DNA of 64,000 nucleotides from an uncultured delta proteobacterium (lineage in GTDB: Bacteria > Myxococcota_A > Polyangia > Haliangiales > Haliangiaceae), in contig CAVUQH010000005.1 of assembly GCA_963743525.1 (NCBI GenBank), positions 121,400-185,399 on the forward strand, written 5' to 3'. Shown here one piece after another: positions 59,226 to 64,000 of the stretch (position 1 is its first letter; each line of letters opens with the position of its first letter). The position numbers and the translations under genes are program-made. The notes beneath the pieces were generated by a model. It was not told the DNA's origin and ran no database searches. It saw nothing but the letters and a program-made list of their open reading frames with translations.

Positions 59226-59572
59226 GAGCGCCCGGCCAGCTCCCGGATCTCCATCGAGCCGCCCGGTGTCTGGCTGGCCGGACATGCCTGCACCACCTCG
59301 ACCGCGCCGTCCCAGTCGTCGGCGGTCACGATCATGTAGCCGCCGAGCACCTCCTTGACCTCGGCGAACGGTCCGTCTGCAACGCTCGTGGCCGTCACCA
59401 CCCGACCGCCGGGCTTCAGCGCGTCGCCGATGTCGAGGATGGCGTCCTTGAACTTCTGTTTCCACGCATCGTAGGCCGCGAACATCTGCTGCATCTGCTC
59501 GGGTGACGGCGCCGGCTGTTTGCCTTCACTGGGCTGCTTGCGCAAGAGAACCAGGTACTTGTGCTTGGACAT
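59222..59572 (-). CDS. YciI/DGPF family protein
   Basis: DGPFAEVKEVLGGY; GTGA overlap with ECF gene; GAAGGAG RBS. Confidence 0.92.
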   Translation of the reverse strand: MSKHKYLVLLRKQPSEGKQPAPSPEQMQQMFAAYDAWKQKFKDAILDIGDALKPGGRVVTATSVADGPFAEVKEVLGGYMIVTADDWDGAVEVVQACPASQTPGGSMEIRELAGRS

Positions 59573-59619
59573 CGCGATTCTTCTCCTTCGCTGCGGAGCA
59601 CCACGCCCCTCTTTGCGGT

Positions 59620-59646
59620 GACGCGCGGCCAACCCGGAGTTGGACA
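59620..59646 (-). promoter_or_regulatory. Putative ECF42-type autoregulatory promoter
   Basis: TGTCCA-17 nt-CGTC upstream of the DGPF-ECF operon. Confidence 0.55.
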
Positions 59647-59962
59647 CTCTTTTTTCACGTTGGCTCGCGGTTGAACAGGGTGATCACCGCGCCGAGCGGC
59701 TGCTGCCGCACATCCGAGGCGCACCTGCAGGGCCTGTTGGCTCGCGCACGCGGAAAACAAGACCAGAGCTGCGGGCCACGCTCCACGCCCATCGCGCGAG
59801 CATAACAGCCGGGCCGTTTGGGTCGAAGAGGGCGTGAAAATCGGCGGCTGGCTTCCGATATTCGAACGGTCGATCGCGGTGCCACGGCGCCCGTACACGT
59901 GATCCCGATGGCCTGGCCGGTCCGCGACTCCGGAACGCTCCTTGCTCGATGGCTGATTCGCC

Positions 59963-60301
59963 ATGGGGAAGGGGAACGAAGACGACATCCGGCGGCATCG
60001 CCGCTTTCATCTGCAGCTGCCCGTTCGCGTCAACCAGGACGCCCGCCGCGGGCGCGTCGCGATCACGCGAAACGTCAGCGCCGGTGGCTGCCTGTTCCAC
60101 AGCCGCAGCCGGTTCCACGTCGGTGACCGGCTCGAGCTCACCTTCCTGGCGCGCACCGAGGGAAACGCCGTCGACGAGCGCGACGTCCACACGGTCGGCT
60201 CGGTCGTCTGGGTCGCCGAGGACCAGGCAACGCTGTTCCCGTTCCTCGCCGGGGTCCGGTTCGAGCAGCCGATCGCCGCGCTGGCCAGCGACGACGACTG
60301 A
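59963..60301 (+). CDS. Stand-alone PilZ-domain protein
   Basis: RRHRR, TRNVSAGG, GSVVW, AGVRF. Confidence 0.8.
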   Translation: MGKGNEDDIRRHRRFHLQLPVRVNQDARRGRVAITRNVSAGGCLFHSRSRFHVGDRLELTFLARTEGNAVDERDVHTVGSVVWVAEDQATLFPFLAGVRFEQPIAALASDDD

Positions 60302-60426
60302 CGCAGAGGTAAGCGCGCCGCGCCCGCGCGTTCGCCGAGCTGTTCCGCGCCGCCGGCATGCAGCCGCGCACGCTGTAGTTCGAGTGGAACGTGCCCGCCG
60401 GAGACGGCATGGGCCGTTCTCGCTGG

Positions 60427-61864
60427 CTACTCGAACGGCTTGAGCAGCCGCGCGCGGTCCGGCTCGCGCAGCTTGTTCAGCGCGGCGGCTTCGATCTGGC
60501 GGATTCGCTCGCGGGTCACGGAGAACTCCTCGCCGACCTCGCGGAGGGTGTGGTCGCGGTCGTTGCCGAGCCCGAAGCGCAGGCGCAGAATGCGCTCTTC
60601 ACGCGGCGTGAGGGTGCGCAGCGCCCGATCCGCCGACGTGCGCAGGCTGGCCTCGACCGCCTCGTCCTCGGGCGACACCGCGAGCTCGTCGGCCACCAGA
60701 TCCTGAAGCGTGGCGTCGCCTTCCTCGCCCACCGGACTCTCGAGTGAGATCGCGATTCGCGCGTGCTCGGCCACCTGGCGCAACCGCTCGGGCGGCACTT
60801 CCAGAAGCTCGGCCATCTCCTCGATCCGTGGTTCGCGTCCCAGCTCCCGGACCAGCTGCGCGCGGGCACGGAACATCTGCATCACCTGCTCGTGGACGTG
60901 CACCGGGAGCCGCACCGTGCGCGACTGGTCGGCAATCGCGCGCGCGATCGCCTGTCGGATCCACCAGGTGGCGTAGGTCGAGAACTTGAATCCCCGGCGG
61001 TAGTCGAACTTGTTGACCGCGCGCATGAGGCCGACATTGCCTTCCTGGATCAGGTCGGGCAGGGCGAGCCCGCGACCGACGTACTTCTTGGCGGTCGAAA
61101 TCACCAGGCGCAGATTGGCCAGGACCAGCTCCGAGCGAGCCCGCTCGATCGCACGCTCTCCGCGCCGGACCTCCCGGTACGTCCCGCGGAGCGCAGACGC
61201 CTTGGTCCGGGCCTCTCCCTCGACGCGGCCGATGCGCGCTTTGGCCGCGCGAATGATCCGTTGCGCTCGTTCGAGGCGCGACCGATCGCCGGTCTTCTTG
61301 GCGCGCAGCTGCTTGGTCACCTGGGCGGCGGGCATACCGACCTGGCGCTCACTCGCGGCGATCTCGCTGTCGGCGCGGTCGATGGTGGCCATGTAGCCGG
61401 CCAGCCGGCCGGTCAGCGTGGCGAGGAACTCCTCGTCCAGATCCAGTTGTCCGAGCAAGGTCGTCATGCCCTGCTCGAGCCGGTCGATGGTGGCGCGGGC
61501 CTGCTCGCGGTCGCGGACCGACGTGCGAGTGCGGGCGACGATGGCCCGATTGCGCGCCAGGTCGGTGCACAGGGGCCGATGGCGTTTGACTCCGTCGCGC
61601 AGCGCCCGCGAGCGGTCGGCTTCGTCGGCCCCCTCCGCGAGCTCGACCAGCAACGCCATCGCCAGCGGCGATTCCGTCAATGCGCGCCGCACGACCAGCC
61701 GGCCGTCCTCCAGCCGCTTGGCGATAGCCACCTCTTGCTCGCGGGTCAGCAGCGAAAGGTGGCGCATATCGCGCAGATATGCGCCGAGAGGGTTGAACGT
61801 TGCCGTCTTCGCGCTCGGGTGTCGCCAACTTCTTTTTGCCCGCAGGGGCGTGCGCGTTCGCCAT
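60427..61864 (-). CDS. Sigma70 family (RpoD-like, lacking region 1.1) factor; apparent frameshift at about 61795
   Basis: Restored [19 protein letters not shown] (region 1.2), [36 protein letters not shown]. Confidence 0.88.
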
Positions 61865-62157
61865 TGGTGCTCGTTCGATCAGGGGACTCAGGTACCAAAG
61901 TCACCCGCAGGACCGAATCGACCGGCGACGCTGGATTGCACGCACAGTAGCACATCGCCACCGGAGGCGCCGAAAACGACCTTTCCGGTGGCGCCATGCG
62001 ACCAAACCCCGGTCCCAACCCATTGTCACGATCTGGTCACAGCCACCGAATGTTGGTGCACAGGTCCCCAGAATGGGTTAGTAGCAGCCCACGGTCGGGG
62101 CTCTTCCCTGCCGGTATTCATGAAGCGCCAGGGGCGCAAACGATAGGAACAAGAGAA

Positions 62158-62463
62158 ATGTCTAGCAAATTGTTTGTCGGCGGTCTTAGCTGGGACACCA
62201 ATGATCAGAGCCTCGCCGAGGCGTTTGGTCAGTTCGGCCTCGTCACCGAGGCGAAGGTGATCTCGGATCGCGACACCGGTCGCTCGCGCGGCTTCGGGTT
62301 CGTCACCTTCGACGCTCCCGCTGACGCCGAGAAGGCCATCGCTGAGATGGACGGTACCAACCTCGACGGCCGCACCATCCGCGTCAACGTCGCCGAGGAC
62401 AAGCCCCGCCGTAGTGGTGGTGGCGGTGGTGGTGGTGGCGGCGGTCGCCGCGACCGCTGGTAG
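62158..62463 (+). CDS. RRM (RNP-1) glycine-rich RNA-binding protein
   Basis: KLFVGGL (RNP2), RGFGFVTF (RNP1), Gly-rich tail. Confidence 0.95.
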   Translation: MSSKLFVGGLSWDTNDQSLAEAFGQFGLVTEAKVISDRDTGRSRGFGFVTFDAPADAEKAIAEMDGTNLDGRTIRVNVAEDKPRRSGGGGGGGGGGRRDRW

Positions 62464-62482
62464 TCAACATCCGACTCTAGCG

Positions 62483-62514
62483 AACGAGGGCACTTCGGTG
62501 CCCTCGTTTTTTTT
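62483..62514 (+). terminator. Rho-independent terminator
   Basis: AACGAGGGCAC-TTCG-GTGCCCTCGTT followed by T-run. Confidence 0.92.
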
Positions 62515-62565
62515 GCCCGATCGGACCGTGCGCCTGGACCCTTTGCGAGCTCGAGGCCCTGATCC

Positions 62566-62958
62566 ATGCCCATCACCATCGAGGCTGTGGCCACGTTCAT
62601 CAGCGGGCTGCCCGGCGTGACCATGGGACTGAAATGGGGCAACCGCACATGGATGGTCGGCGACAAGAGCTTTGCGTGGCAGCGGCCGTTCACCAAGGCC
62701 GACCTGCGCCGCTTCGGTGACGAGACGCCACCGGCCGGCGACATCCTCGCGGTTCGGGTCGAGAACCTCGACGCCAAGGACGCACTGCTCGCGATCGCGC
62801 CGCCCGGCTTCTTCACGATCCCGCACTTCAACGGCTACGCCGCGGTGCTGATCGCGTTGCGCCAGGCGCGCGCCAAGGACGTGCGCGCCGCCATCGAGGA
62901 CGCGTTCCAGGTGGCAGCGTCGGGCCCGCCGCCCCGCCGCCGGCGTCGACAGCGCTAG
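62566..62958 (+). CDS. MmcQ/YjbR family protein
   Basis: LPGV..G.KWG..TW.VGDKSF, FFTIPHFNGY.AVL. Confidence 0.85.
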   Translation: MPITIEAVATFISGLPGVTMGLKWGNRTWMVGDKSFAWQRPFTKADLRRFGDETPPAGDILAVRVENLDAKDALLAIAPPGFFTIPHFNGYAAVLIALRQARAKDVRAAIEDAFQVAASGPPPRRRRRQR

Positions 62959-63013
62959 CGCCCCGCCCGTGGTCGTTGATCCAACGTCGGAACTGTGCGC
63001 ACGATCTGGCCAC

Positions 63014-63634
63014 ATGGGCGGCAAGCGCAGAAGACCGGCAGTCAGTGCGTTCCCGGTCGAAGCGCTGCGCGCGACCACGGGCAGCGTGAGTGCGCTGCTG
63101 TTCGAAAATCCGATGGCCAACATCCCGCGAGGGCTGTTCTGGTCTGTCGAGGTCAGCTTTGCCCCACTGGTCCTTCGCGCGGGAACGCGAAGCGAGGAAT
63201 TCGACTGCGTCGCCAGTTGCGAGTGGTTGGAGCTGGGGATTCGCGACTGGCGCGAGTTGGCGGGCACGGAGATCCGCGGTGGCGACGAGCTGGATGCTTC
63301 CTTCTACGTGACAGAGCACGACCCGGTCATCGAGAGCCATATCCGTTTTGGCGCCCGCGACGGCGTAACCTTCCCTCTGCGCTACGACATGGTCGTGGAC
63401 TACCACGGCTACTTCGGCGGCGACGAAGATCCACGCTTGTCGCTGCCCATCGAGCTGACCGTGCCGTTCACCGGCTTGATGGTCTACTTCGACATCGTGA
63501 AACCAGCTCCAAAGAATGCGAGCAAGGTCGCTCGCGTCCTGGAGCCATTCGTCGATCTTGCCGCCTTCGGACCGCCCGAGCTGCGAACCAACGACTTTGG
63601 CATGTCCGCCTTCTGGCTGCCGCCCACCGAATGA
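63014..63634 (+). CDS. Hypothetical acidic protein (lower GC, immunity-protein-like)
   Basis: Open frame with atypical codon usage; ATGA overlap with the next gene. Confidence 0.55.
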   Translation: MGGKRRRPAVSAFPVEALRATTGSVSALLFENPMANIPRGLFWSVEVSFAPLVLRAGTRSEEFDCVASCEWLELGIRDWRELAGTEIRGGDELDASFYVTEHDPVIESHIRFGARDGVTFPLRYDMVVDYHGYFGGDEDPRLSLPIELTVPFTGLMVYFDIVKPAPKNASKVARVLEPFVDLAAFGPPELRTNDFGMSAFWLPPTE

Positions 63635-63951
63635 CGGCAAGAAAGACATCGCCCGAGTACCAGGCCTTCCTCGAGCAGGCCGAAGGGGACAGCTCCGTGG
63701 GCGACTACGTCCTGCTATATGGCAGACACGCTCTCGCCGAGCGCAACGCGACGTATGAGGTGCAGAAATATCTGCCGGGTTGGATCGCCATCGGAGACGA
63801 CGGGGGCGGTTCGGCCATACTGATGCGTCTCGACGGATCTCACCAGGTCTACAAGTGTGGACATGGAGCTTTGGGCTCGGTCGATCCGGAGCTCGTCGCC
63901 GAGTCGTTTGCGACCTGGCTTTCCGACTGCTGCCCGCTTCCGGAGGACTAG
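63631..63951 (+). CDS. SMI1/KNR4 (SUKH) family protein
   Basis: PEYQAFL, ERNATYEV..YLPGWIAIGDDGGG, VAESFATWL. Confidence 0.8.
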   Translation: MTARKTSPEYQAFLEQAEGDSSVGDYVLLYGRHALAERNATYEVQKYLPGWIAIGDDGGGSAILMRLDGSHQVYKCGHGALGSVDPELVAESFATWLSDCCPLPED

Positions 63952-64000
63952 CGAGCGTGCAAACGGCGACGGCGCCGGCGGGGACTGAATCATCTCAGAT

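Noticed and set aside
59655..59804. Possible lipoprotein remnant (ALVLFSAC) behind a TATGCT box
   Set aside because: Short, frame-broken and without a recognisable domain; cannot be supported

Overview
High-GC (roughly 70%) bacterial chromosomal segment, most consistent with a myxobacterium (two MYXO-CTERM proteins, a myxobacterial-type minor pilin/PilY1 cluster, Hanks kinase, PilZ/MshEN, ECF sigma). It is densely coding (about 52 genes) and contains no rRNA, tRNA, CRISPR or recognisable mobile element. Left: fimU-pilY1-pilV-pilW-pilX type IV pilus tip cluster, PilZ, S8 protease, flippase/TPR operon. Middle: kinase, DksA/TraR, HEAT protein, clpX, GlnR-like regulator, PP2C-cNMP, pdxA, CRP, transglutaminase, exported PEP-utiliser-like enzyme. 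Right: accessory small genes, ECF42-type/YciI pair, a group-2-like sigma70, RRM protein and SUKH immunity. Main discovery: a gene missed by the ORF track (51761-52486, +) with a signal peptide, an in-frame TGA at the first mature residue and a canonical-looking SECIS hairpin. It is a candidate new outer-membrane selenoprotein, divergent from a TlpA thioredoxin. Two window-wide signals: five of the about ten apparent frameshifts, plus several odd substitutions, sit on corrupted GTCGAC sites (probably a methylation-linked sequencing artefact), and many genes have a TANNNT box 6-8 nt before the start codon with no Shine-Dalgarno (leaderless-type architecture).
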